Shown here one piece after another: positions 31,301 to 43,282 of a stretch of 64,000 bases of DNA. The DNA is from Raja brachyura (taxonomy: Eukaryota), in the NCBI GenBank assembly GCA_963514005.1, contig OY740816.1, forward strand, positions 26,102,001-26,166,000, written 5' to 3'. Position numbers and translations under genes: made by a program. Below the pieces are notes generated by a model. That model saw only the letters and a list, made by a program, of their open reading frames with translations, did not search any database and was not told the origin of the DNA. Position 1 is the stretch's first letter; every line of letters starts with the position of its first letter.

Positions 31301-34300
31301 AAACGAATCACCCAAACAATTACATATGGAGAAGATGTCATACACTGGATTTCAACCCAATATTAATTGAAATTCTGAAAAATTAACATCTCTTGTTTAG
31401 AATGATCAATGGTTTTAATGACAGCAAATGAAAAGGTTTTATTGTCAGGAGCATGACAGTTTCAGCAACGAGTGCATCCACTTTGTGGAACCATTGGTAC
31501 AATTATTTTGAAGCCAAAGAACCGCAATGGTTGTGGGTAATCTCCAACACTTTTCCCAGGAGTTTCCTTGCACACACGAGAAGGAGCTTTGTCCATTATC
31601 ACATGATCCTGCTGGCCTACACAGCTAGCAGGAACAATCAGCCTACCTGTGCGAGCCAACACCTTGCAAGCTTTAGATAGTAGAAGTCTCATACAAAGCT
31701 TGTACAATTTTATTTTGCTGGGAAGCTGCTAAATTTACAGACTACCTGAAGCAGTCATAGAGTGATACAGTGTGGAAACAGGCCCTTGGCCTAATTGCCC
31801 ACACCGGCCTCTGGTCCATATCCCGCCAACCTGTCGTAACCATGTACCTGTCTAACTGTTTTTTAAATGTTGGGATAGTCCCGGCTTCAACTGCCTCCTC
31901 TGGCAACTTGTTCCATGCACCCACCGCCCTTTCTTTGTGTGAAGAAGTCCTGTGCTTTAGAAAACAAGGATTCACAAAGATACACCAGCTGGTTTAATAT
32001 TCACAGAAGCCAAGCACATCCCTCCGAGATGACCACACAGTGGACTCGACCCAGGTTTCCCAGCTTGAAAAAGCAGTCTTCATTTGTCCTTTGAATAAAC
32101 TAGTAATCCTTTGTAGATGAGGCAGCAAAGAAACATAAAATGTAACACTGGGCTCTTGGGAATCCTGTAGAATTCTTTACTTAAACAGCTGTGTGAACAG
32201 AATCCTTTAAAATACTTTTTGAAAAGCAAAATTTGAAAAAGGAAAAGGTAAGATCGGGGATAGGAGCAAACAGATAATACAAGCACTTGTAGGAGAAACG
32301 GCTGCTGCTGAATATTTTAATCACTGTGGCCAGAAACTATTTCTTCCTTCCCCAGTTACAACATGCCATCAACATTACTCCACATCATTCAAAAACTAAA
32401 AGCATAAATCCGAAACATTCCGACCCAAATCCATTTCTGCCAAATACACCAGCAATGTTGGATTTAGGTTATTCAGTACTAAGTTGAAGCACCATTTTAC
32501 AGGTGGTTATACAAAAAACCTCAATCCAAGTGCCAGTTTAAAAATCAGTATATCTAAATGTTTGCCTTAAAATAGGCACACAGCATGAAATTAGAATCTA
32601 TAGTTGCACTTTCACATTTATAAACTAATCTACCAGAGGTCTGTTGTAAACAGGTCTCCAAAAACTTCCTAAATGGGATAAATCAGCAACTAAAGCACAG
32701 TTGGCCAGATTTTCAAAGGGTAGACCATCAGGGACAAGGAAGTCATAAATAGCACCAGAGTCATAGATAATGTCAAATAAATTAAAGAGGGTCAATAGTC
32801 CTCCGTACTGCTGCCAGTTTGCCTGCCTGCATAAACAACATCTCAAAATGGTTACTGTACAGAAATCAGCTAATGCTCAGGTTCCACACAGGCCAATTAA
32901 TGTGTCCCACTCCCTTGATAGTCCTGTAAATGCTCTTTTATACAACTTACTCAGCTCCCTTTTCAACCATTGAATCTGCCTCTGGTTCTACCTGGCATGC
33001 TATCTTGAACCCAATCACCACCTTTAATAAAACAATCCTTGTTGCCTTGTTCTATATCATCTAGTTGTTGATCCCTCCAACAATGGGAGAAGTCACTCTA
33101 CGGGATCCTCTCTCCAGGCTTGAAGCAATACATCGTTTGACACGTGATGCCCAGAACTATGCACAATACCAATCCACCAAGGAGGACATAAACCATCACC
33201 TTGTAACTGCCTTACCCGGTGGTTTTAAAGAATCCTTCCAACCACACTACTCTCGCCTCAATGGAATAAAGCCTGGCATGGATAAAATACAGTCCAGAAT
33301 GAGAAGCTCGAGACCCAAAGGCAAGACTCCATGGGCCTCAGCAACAGATGACAAATGGACAAATGGGGTCAGGATGAACACGTGACATTGATGCACAAAT
33401 GGCCAATTAAACTTTCTGCTGTCAACACTATCCCAGATCAGATCCTGCACTCAACCCATAGTAAACCTGTTCTAAAGGTCTGCAATGATAGCTTTCCACC
33501 AGTGAGCAGGCCAAACAGATCTGAATCACAGGTCAGGGATGATGAGGGATATACACATGGGATGCAACTGGCCCTTCAAATGAGAAAAGATTCAATTTAC
33601 ATTAAATTATTCAATTTTGTCCTTAAACTTAATTACAGATTAATTGAAGTATGAACTGGACAACCATGCCCATGCCAAACACAAAATGGTTCCTTTTTTG
33701 ACAACCAATCATCAGTGGAGCTAAAACAGACCTTTCCTGCAGAGCACACCTCTACTGATGGGGCATTCCCATGCATGTGCTCATTGAACCAGCCGCAAAA
33801 GGGGGCATCAGGCGCCACAATTTTATTGGCAGGGTGCCAATGTTGCAATGCACTTTGTCAGAGAAAGTGTATATAGCATTGTATACTCAGCAAGTTAGCT
33901 AATCATCATGATGTCTTGTTTATTTTTACTCCGATATACTAAACACATTTTTCCTGGTCAAGGAGTACATACTCAACACCAGAGACTACGATTTAGTACG
34001 AATCTGAGGGGCACCATTTTCAACTCAGAGCATGGTGAGTATAGGCGATGGATGAGTCATATACCATATTACCCAAGACAATTGGGCAGGCACATAGACA
34101 GGTCATATTTTGAGGAATATGAGCCACATACAGGCAATGGACGAGTTGGGCCAAAGGGCCTGCTTCTGTGCTGTATGACTGCACCTAACTATTAACCTGC
34201 AGGATAGTGCCAAGGGAGTCAAAGGCAATAGATCTGTGTTGGTGAGAGAGGACCCATTGACAGAGCATCGTTTAAGGGAATTTGGATGCAGTTTAAACAA

Positions 34301-35201
34301 ACCTAAATTGAAAAGTCAACAGTGTACTGCACAAATAGCATAATTTACAGAATAGCTGACTTGCATGTCAAGGCTGCAGGAGTCATTGGTGCCCCAGCAG
34401 CATTTCAATGGCTTTCATTCCCATTCCACAATGTAGGTCATTATCAGAAACTCCTGGGTACAGCTCATACTTTATTGCAAATTTAACATGTACACACTTC
34501 TGTCAAAATTATTTTTTCTTGTGCGCTGCTGGATTGGCTGAGTGAAATGACAGAATACGCTTGTTAAACAGACACCTGCCGGTGGTTTCTCAGGGAGCTC
34601 CGATACGAATTATACATAATTACACACCCGAAAACAAATCAGTTCAGGGAAGCCTGGAGGGCAACGAGTCAGAGACATTGGAGCACTGTCACCACACGAA
34701 AGAAAACTCCATTACGACTCCTTGTCTAATCAGCTTTTGGAACTACGCACAGGGTTCACCTGTTATGCAACCACTAGAAAAGGATAAGAATTGCAAGACT
34801 GATGAGAAGTTAAAGTGCAACAAAAGTTAAACAAATGCCTTGAGGTTGCTCAGACACTAATAGGAATAATGTCAATCGAAACTTGGCAACTAATCAACAA
34901 AAGGAAACAAGAGGCAAAATGTCAGTGTCGAATCTGATGTTTATCTCCAACCTGAAGGAACTCAACCAGATCCACATGGATAAACGCACCTGGAATGAGT
35001 ACCAACTGAGAATGCTTTGTCTCCAAAGGACAAATGGTCTGTGATAAGCAGGCTGAGCATCAATAATCAGAAGGATCAGTAGCACAGGCCCAAGCTGATC
35101 TCTCCCATTGGAACTCCTGAGGCAGAGAGCAAGAACCTCCACCGGGCACTTTTCATAGCACCAGGCCAGCCCATTACAACAATATACTCATTTTGCAGCA
35201 C

Positions 35202-35488
35202 TTTACTTCAGATATACAGCAAGGAAACAAGCCTTTTGGCCCAACAAGTCTGTGCCGACCAGCGGTCATCTTATACACTTGCAATATCTTACACACTAGG
35301 GACCATTTACAATTTTACCAAAGCCAATTAACCTGCAAACCTGTTTGGAAGATGGGAGGAAACTGGAGCACCCAGAGAAAACCCACGCGGTCACAGGACG
35401 AGCATACAAGCTCTGTGCAGACCCGCAGTGAGGATTTAACCAGCGTCCCTGGCGCTGTACAGCAGCAGCTCTACCATTGCGCCGCCCC
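35202..35488 (-). mobile_element. HE1-like V-SINE; further copies at 21818-22056 (-), 23445-23577 (+, partial), 8166-8222 (+, head only) and 27337-27475 (-, tail only)
   Basis: Reverse complement starts GGGGCGGCGCAATGGTAGAGCTGCTG, contains CCGCGTGGGTTTTCTCTGGGTGCTCCAGTTTCCTCCCA and the same tail as the copy at 47702. Confidence 0.78.
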
Positions 35489-35559
35489 TGTGTAATGTGG
35501 TAAATAAAGTAGCTTATATCCTAGCACACACCAAGGTCACAAAAGCACTGTGATAACAA

Positions 35560-35820
35560 CCCAATTATAATTAGAGAGCACTGTGTTGAAGGGCAAATAT
35601 TGGTCAGATCTACAGAGATCTTTCCTGGTCTTTAAACTGAATGTCAGGATCTCCTTTATCCACTTGATGGAGGGACAGGGTTTCAGTTTTAAACTTGAGA
35701 GAGAAGTACAGTGCTCATCATTTCTAGCTTCCACACTCAAATCCCTGCAGTGAGACTTCAATCTGCAACTTTCTTGTACAGAGGCAAGAATGCCAGCAAT
35801 TGAACTGTGGCTGACACTGC
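35560..35820 (-). mobile_element. Old Deu-SINE-like (SacSINE1-like) remnant; similar remnants near 38800-38920, 61370-61460 and 62690-63135
   Basis: Reverse complement begins GTGTCAGCCACAGTTCAATTGCTGGCATTCTTGCCTCTG...GTTGCAGATTGAAGTCTCACTGCAG, a decayed tRNA-like head as recalled for this family. Confidence 0.45.
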
Positions 35821-36521
35821 AGGCAACGTATAGCACTGAATGATACTCCCAGTTAATGAATCAGTAGAGAACTGTGAGAATGAAAGCATCAAATATGGAG
35901 TGGAAGTGTAACTGGAATCTTAAATCCTTCTACACAAACACTTGGCAGTTGATGCAGCTACGAATACATCACACATCTCCATTCAATTTGTTTTTGAATG
36001 GAAGGTTGTGCCCCAAGCCATCTGAAATTATTTTATTAGGAGTTCACTATTGTGGGAAAATGCTCCATTTCCACTGTCTAGGGACCACATGAGCATCGTA
36101 AAAGGAAGTCCATTACTTAACATGCTCTGCTAAAAGCTACTCAATGCCAAGTTAGTAATCTAGATCTTGTTAATGGCTCCTTAAAAATTATACCTGCTTT
36201 TCAAACCAGTCGAGTAGCACTAACAGCAGCATAACAAAAACTCGGGCGATTTCAAGTAAAGATTTCAACTCGCGCTCATTACAAACATATATTCGCAGTT
36301 GCAAGTCGCAATAGACCAGTCATTCCTCTTATTGCAGGCTGCATAAAGTAAAAGCCTTCTCCAAACAGTCGGAAAACTTCTTGTACTTTTGGTGCACAAA
36401 GTTAGGTACAATCATCACTGTGGTGAAGTCCTAAACCGAGCAGTGGCTTTCAGGAGTGCCAACATCTCATACCACCAAACTGCATCAATAATCTACATTT
36501 AGCACAGGCCCTTATTCAGGT

Positions 36522-36963
<442 letters not shown>

Positions 36964-38214
36964 CTAAAAATAAATGCACAAATTAAACAACTGCACCCTG
37001 TCAATAGAGAATAAAACATTTCCAAAATGTGGTCAGATCAATGCGTTACTGGCCTGTAAAGTGAAAATTCCAGGCTTTCAATAAACCAGTGATGGAAACA
37101 ACACCAGGCATTAAATCACTAGTGATTGGTAATTTTTCAGCTGCACTGCTTGCTTGAAAAGGATTTCAACAACATGACAGCAAATCTAGCTGTAAATACC
37201 AGGCACTCTCCCCCAGAAACCACAGTAGTTAGCTGTAAGCAGTTTACTTGCACAAACAACCATCCCAACTCGCGAGAGAACAATTTAAAGCAATTTGGAA
37301 AGCATGAAGACCATCATTTGGCCAGTCAAGCCCATTCTTCCCACCCATCATGTATAATTTAACCCGTCATGGACTCCACCCAAACCATGAATAGAAATTT
37401 GCTTGGAGATCATACCCAGGCTTTAACAATCGTCATTGCATAATACACAACCACTCATTCAAGACAATCCCTCGGATGGAGCACGCTACCTGACTGCCAG
37501 GTTCCCACACGTGATGAACAGCTGCAAAAAGCACAGACTAACAAAAAAAATCTGAATTTCCACTGGAACTAAATTGGTCACAATCGGATCTTCTGATGCA
37601 AACGCCAACATTCACACCTGGACTCCAGTTGTAATACCACCTGCGAACACTCACTGTACACTTGCAAGTCCCACCTGACCACAAGCTGAAGTCTGTAGCC
37701 CATTTACTTTAAATTATAACTTTGATGCCGGAATCTGATATAACTACATTGGGAAATCATACATTATCAACAGTCTCAAGTGGTGGCTTGGTGCCAACAA
37801 ATCACAAAACATTACATTTGCACTTACAGTCACGCAGTACTCACCATGTGTTACCTCAAATAAGCTCCCGCCCCGACTACTATTAATGACATCATTGGAG
37901 CTTAAAATTCTCTGCATCTGTAAACATGGAAGGTCACTGTACCGATCTTTTCTCAGTTGAAACAGCATTGTCCCTTGCCCCAGAACAATAAGCTTCTATA
38001 TTAAACATTCTATGCTGTTACTGTCAACCAAGTGCAATTTACACCTTCAGCTTTCTAAAGGTGTGAGCAAGGTAATTTAAATATTATACAAAAATAACTC
38101 CCAGCAAAAGTGAGTTCAAAGTGGATTAAGACAACAATCAGCTTAATGCTGCATCTGAATTGATGGGATTCCCCTCGAGAGACAGCCTTTACTCTCCTTG
38201 ACACCACCCGTTCC

Positions 38215-38770
38215 ACCAGGGGCAGCGCACGATTGGTAGCCCCATCAACAGTGTGTTTTTTTAAATATTTAGTGCGTTTTAATAGTCTGTGTAAATGTTC
38301 TCAGGTTTGTTTTATGTTTCGCCTGGGATTGCTCCAACCGGGGCCTGTGGGCTTTACATCGAGAACTCGCAGTTTCGGGAGAGGCTAGTCGGGAGCTCCA
38401 ACAACGCAGAGGCTCAACCAGCCCCATCCCGGGGTCCGATCGTCCAGTGCGGGGGAGCTGACACCTCCCCAATGCAGGAGCTGATTGCCCTGATGCGGAG
38501 CACCAAATGACGCTGGCCATGGGAGTCAAGATCGTCCTGTCAACGGAAGGCTCGAGGCCCCCGACCGCTGGAAGGGAAGGATTTGAACTTTTTTTTTCGC
38601 CTTCCATCACAGTGAGGAATGTGGAGGAGTCACTGTAGTGGATGTTTATGTTAAAATGTATTTTGTGTGTTCCATTGCTTTTTATTTGTATGACTGATTT
38701 GGCAAATGAAATTCCTCATATGTTGCAAAACCTGCTTGGCTAATAAAGTATGACTGTGATTGTGATTATT
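38215..38770 (+). mobile_element. Unclassified short non-autonomous retroelement-like repeat
   Basis: CpG-containing body followed by a LINE-like 3' tail (GAAATTCCTCATATGTTGCAAAACCTGCTTGGCTAATAAAG) ending in short (TGTGAT)-like repeats; a related tail lies on the minus strand at ~12300-12350. Confidence 0.5.
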
Positions 38771-40259
38771 ATAAAGCATCAGTCATGGCCCAGTCCGTAG
38801 AATTCACCCAGTCACAAGGTTGTGGTTCAAAGCCAACTCTGAAGGTTTAAGTACAGAGACCATACTGACACTTCAGTGCAGAACCGGACATTGCACTGAT
38901 GGACGAGATGTCAAAGTGCATCATTATTTTGGAGATGGTCACGAGAGATCATCCAACCAATCACTAGTCATTATCAAAGCTCAGTCATTATCACAGACAT
39001 AACTGCCCCCCCCCCCCCCCCAATTTACATTTCACTCCTCGTCTCCCCTTATCTTACACACTTTTGTCTCCTTTTCACCTCCAGCCATTGTCACTTATTG
39101 CACACATCTGCCAATCACCCCCACGCATGTATCCACCTATCACTTGCCAGGATTTGCCCACTCCCGCACCTCTTTCCAGCCCTCTCCCCTTATATACTCC
39201 ATCAGTCTGAAGGGTCCTAACTCCAAAGCTCATTTGTCCACATCCTCCACAGATGTTGCCTGACCTGCTGAGTTTCTCCAACGTTGTGTGTTGCTATTGG
39301 GATGGTGCTGGCCAATGAAGCTGCATTTCCTACAATGCACCAGTACTGTGCTGGATATGACAGAGTATCCCCACATAAACACAGTCTCTCTATCTGTCCT
39401 AATCCACTTACAGCAAATAGAGTTACACTACAATAAACCACAAACCACACTGCTTTCCTTGGAAATTTCAGCTTTGAAGTGGAGCGGCTTTGTTATGTTT
39501 TTTTGTTAAATGCTACAGCTTCAAGTGGTTTGAGAGGGAATTACGTCACAGTCCAGTAGTGGGACTGGTACATCCAGGGAGGGAGGTGGGTGAACGAGGG
39601 GAAGGTCTGGTGGGACTTGTATTTCCACACCCACTCATGGTTAACCCCACTTTCTAGTGGTGAATGTTTGGGACATTTAATGAGCTGCTGTATCTAATCT
39701 AATCACGTCGCACCCAACAATATTCAATCATTTTCCAGGTGACCACTAGCACCCACAATAAACATTGCCCCCTCAAACACAGGCCCTTTTCCCCACACCC
39801 GCAAAGATAGACAGGTTACTGAACACCCTACAAAACAAGCCTTACAGATCAACTCTTTGGGATCAGTATTTGGACCAAATTAAACTGCAACGCTTACACA
39901 ACTAAAACAGTTGGACTGATGAGTTATAGAATTACTACTGGGTGCGACATAGTGTAAAATTAATCGGTTTGATTAAACTGGATAGCCCTGCCAAAGTCTG
40001 AGATCATGATGACCCACATTACCCAAGTGTTTGTACAGACCCACTACAGACACAGACAAACAAAAGTCCAGACCAGTATCTTGGGTGAAGACACAACTCA
40101 TGTGGTCACAGTCTCTTTTTCACAATCAATATTTTAAAATTAACTCCAGAGACAAACGTCTGGCAACGTGAATAAAGCAAATAACTAAAGCCTGAATCAC
40201 GGCTAGCTTGACCAACTTTCAGACCCTACGGGGCAACTGCTCCCACCCACACCCTAGGG

Positions 40260-40330
40260 GAGGTGGAAACGGGGGGGGGGGGGGGGGGGGGGGGGGGAGG
40301 AAAGACGGGATGGCGAAAGAGGGGGGGGTG
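40260..40330 (+). repeat. Poly-G tract
   Basis: 27 consecutive G at 40271-40297 plus flanking G runs. Confidence 0.9.
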
Positions 40331-41937
40331 TAAAAATAGTCTGACGGAAACAAGAAAATGCACTCCCACCCTTGCTGACACACACCTCTTGAATGCGGTT
40401 CCTGTGGAAACAATACTTGTCTTTACGGACTAATCTACACTCTAGTGCAGGCACACAAGACACTGAGTGCAGGCACACAGACACAGGCATCTTACAACAT
40501 GCACCAAATAAAAATCAACTTTGATTTTTTTACAATTAGCAATTCTGAAAACAAAAAGACCCTTTTGTCCATGTTACATTCACAGTTCTTAATAAACAAA
40601 CTGGCAGGAGTCTGTTGTCACTAGCAATCCTATTTGCCAGTTAATTATATTATTTTATCAGCTTCTTGACACTACATGTACAGAAGAAAGCCCTTCCTTT
40701 ACTCAACTTACGGCCTTCATTGTTTGGAAGGATCATTATGCAAATGAAGTTAAAAAAAAGAACAAAAATATAAATTACAACAGTTAACCAAACTATTTTG
40801 TAGCAATTTACTGCAAAATAACGAAGTTGTCTGTTGAACCACAAAAACAAGATTGTAAAATGCCTAAATCTTTGACTAACACCGAATGCCAAAATCAGCT
40901 GGAGACCCCAGTCAATGCAGAAAGGGACACAATTTCCACTGCACGCATCAACTGTGGGTGTCAATCTTTACATTGAGATGAAGAATGCACGTAAACTGTA
41001 GGGGGGTGGTGGGCAGTGAATGACGACTGGAGAAATTGTCCAGTTACAATCACCTTTAAAAAGCAGTTCAAACCCAGAGTGCGAAGAGTTTGACAAAACC
41101 AACCTGGGCTCCCTTTAACACGAGAACTAACTCCCTTTAACTGGTGGTCTTTTACCACCAACACCCCAACCAAATCAAAGATAGACACAAAAAGCTGGAG
41201 TAACACAGCGGGTCTGAACCCAAAATGTCACCTATTCCTTTTCTCCAGAGATGCTGCCTGTCCCGCAGAGTTACTTCAGCTTTCTGTGTATCTTCAGTTT
41301 AATCCTGCATCTGCAGTTCCTTCCCACACAAACACTCCAAGCAAATCCCTCAATTTCTTACCCCTTCTTTATTTGCCTATGTCCTGTTAATGCTCCAGTT
41401 CCTTACTCTCCCCCACTAGACACATTAATTGAATAATGGGGATTTAACAAATGTATTTGTTTTATCGCAGTGTAGCTCTGACACAAAATATATATTAACC
41501 AGTTTAATACCAAGCCTGGTGCAGGAACTAAATACACTAACAGCAACCTGGACAAATTTCTTCTTTTATTTAAATACAATTTTACGATGCTAGCCTTTAA
41601 CCTGAGCAATAAATGTTTTACAAATGTGGAGAAACAATCAACATTTCTGGATACGAATCTTGTACAACAAAAGGGATTGTGGAAGAAGAAATTATGAAGG
41701 GAAAATTAAAAATTAGACGAAGAGAAATTAGGGAAAGAGAAAATAAATTGATTGTGGATGTTTTGTTTGTGGCGTAAAAGTTAAAGGAGGAATTTGTTGT
41801 CAGATTGTTGGCGTGGAGCGGCGAGTGACAGCTTGGGGTTTATTGCCTATTGTTCAGCCCCTGCCTGTCCCCACCACCCCCTTGTTTACTGAGGTGATTT
41901 ATCTTCTAATTCCCGCAGTTGTTCGTGAATCGCTCAC

Positions 41938-42105
41938 CTGCTCGAAGGGCCACTTCTCCGCCACCTTCTTGGCGCTGATGTCCAGCAGCGAGTCGGGCTT
42001 GTGGAACCTGCCGTGGCCCGGCTTGGTGTGCGCCGCTCTTGCCGGGCCGCAGTGGCCAAGACACGGCCGCTTGGCCGCCGGCGGCTCTCCCCTCATGTCC
42101 GCCAT
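41938..42105 (-). CDS. ZSWIM4: ZSWIM4-like zinc finger SWIM-type protein, coding exon 1 (56 codons, contains BC-box-like SLLDISAKKVA)
   Basis: ATG at 42105 reads MADMRGEPPAAKRPC...KPDSLLDISAKKVAEKWPFEQ, then donor CAG|GTGAGC (phase 0). Matches the ZSWIM4/5/6 N-terminus; EPPAAKR and an intron after FEQ favour ZSWIM4. Confidence 0.88.
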
Positions 42106-42129
42106 CGTTGCCTCACACCCGTCCGCCGC

Positions 42130-42570
42130 CCGCTACTGACCGCTCGCCGGCTGCCGGCGCCGCTTATATAGGCCGCCGCTCTTCCCGCCCCTCGCGTGCT
42201 CTCATTCGCCGCCTGCTCGATGTCCATTGGCCCGGCTCCCTGTCTGTCATCCGACGGAGCCCGCCCATCGACCTTCCCTTGCTTCCATTGGCTGTCGCCC
42301 TCTAGTTGTTCCGCCCTCGCCCTCTTCTATTGGACGTCGCCCTGCCAATCTCCCAATGGTTCCGCCCTCCACTTCATTCATTTGCTATGGCCCTCCTATG
42401 GCCCCGCCCTCCTATTCATCCATTGGCTGTCGTCCCGTCAATCTGCCACGGGTCCCGCAGTCCCCTACGCCCATTGGCTGTTACCCTGTCTCTTTTGCTT
42501 GTCCCGCCCTCCCCTTCCTCCATTGGCCAGCGCCCCTGCCAGTCCTCCAATGGTCCCGCCCTCCCTCAGT
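42130..42570 (-). promoter_or_regulatory. CpG-rich promoter of the ZSWIM4-like gene: TATA box (42164-42170), Inr-like TCAGT (A at 42137), multiple CCAAT and GC boxes
   Basis: Minus-strand TATATAA starts 33 nt upstream of an Inr-like TCAGT. About nine CCAAT/ATTGG and about seven CCGCCC motifs lie in 42185-42560. CpG density is high from ~41930 to 42560 in an otherwise CpG-poor window. Confidence 0.8.
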
Positions 42571-42974
42571 TGCAGCAGAATTAATAATGTCTATTATTGC
42601 AGACTGACTCAATCATACTCCTGTCTGGCATTGGACATTTTAAATCATTAGCAGACAGGATCTGCATCTCGAGATAATCCCTTCAAAAAAGTTATCTGAA
42701 CTAAAGAACAGGACTAACGCAGCCAGATTCAAGAGGAGGCTTGAGATGGGTATTAGACAGAGAGGGCAGTGGGGATTTGCTAATACCCTCAATAATCTGT
42801 GCAAGAGTGCAATAAATTAATTGTAAAGCAGGCTGGGTTTCCAGCTGCAATCAATATGCAAGGAATCCCAGCTCGAAAATTGCCGTGGTTTAGTTTAGTT
42901 ATTGTCTGTCATGTGTGTCGAGGTACAGTGAAAAGCTTTTGTTGCGTGCTAACCAGTCAGTAGAAAGACAATAC

Positions 42975-43282
42975 AATAGACAATAATAGACAATAGACAA
43001 TAGATGCAGGAGTAGACTATTAGGCCCTTCGAGCCAGACCGCCATTCACTGTGATCAGTACCGCGTTCCTGCCTTCTCCCCATATCCCTGATCCAGAGAA
43101 TCTGCCTCCACTGCCTTCTGAGGCAGAGAATTCCACAGATTCACAACTCTCTGGGTGAAAAAGTTTTTCCTCATCTCTGTTCTAAATAGCCTACCTCTTA
43201 TTCTTAAATTGTGGCCCCTGGTTCTGGACTCCCCCAATATCGTGTTTCCTGCCTCTAGCGTGTCCAATCCCTTAATAATCTT
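42975..43282 (-). mobile_element. CR1 3' fragment with (CTATTGT)n tail inserted in a Rex1-type tail repeat
   Basis: Reads GESRTRGHNLRIRGRLFRTEMRKNFFTQRVVNLWNSLPQKAVEA. The host repeat runs 42889-42974 and resumes at ~43283. Confidence 0.8.

Noticed and set aside
33065-33850. Cluster of 60-106 aa ORFs that might be an LTR or ERV remnant
   Set aside because: No gag, pol or env motifs and no LTR pair could be recognised by eye.
42039-42651. Several long plus-strand ORFs over the promoter
   Set aside because: Stop-poor because of high GC and the repetitive promoter modules; Pro/Ser-rich low-complexity translations.
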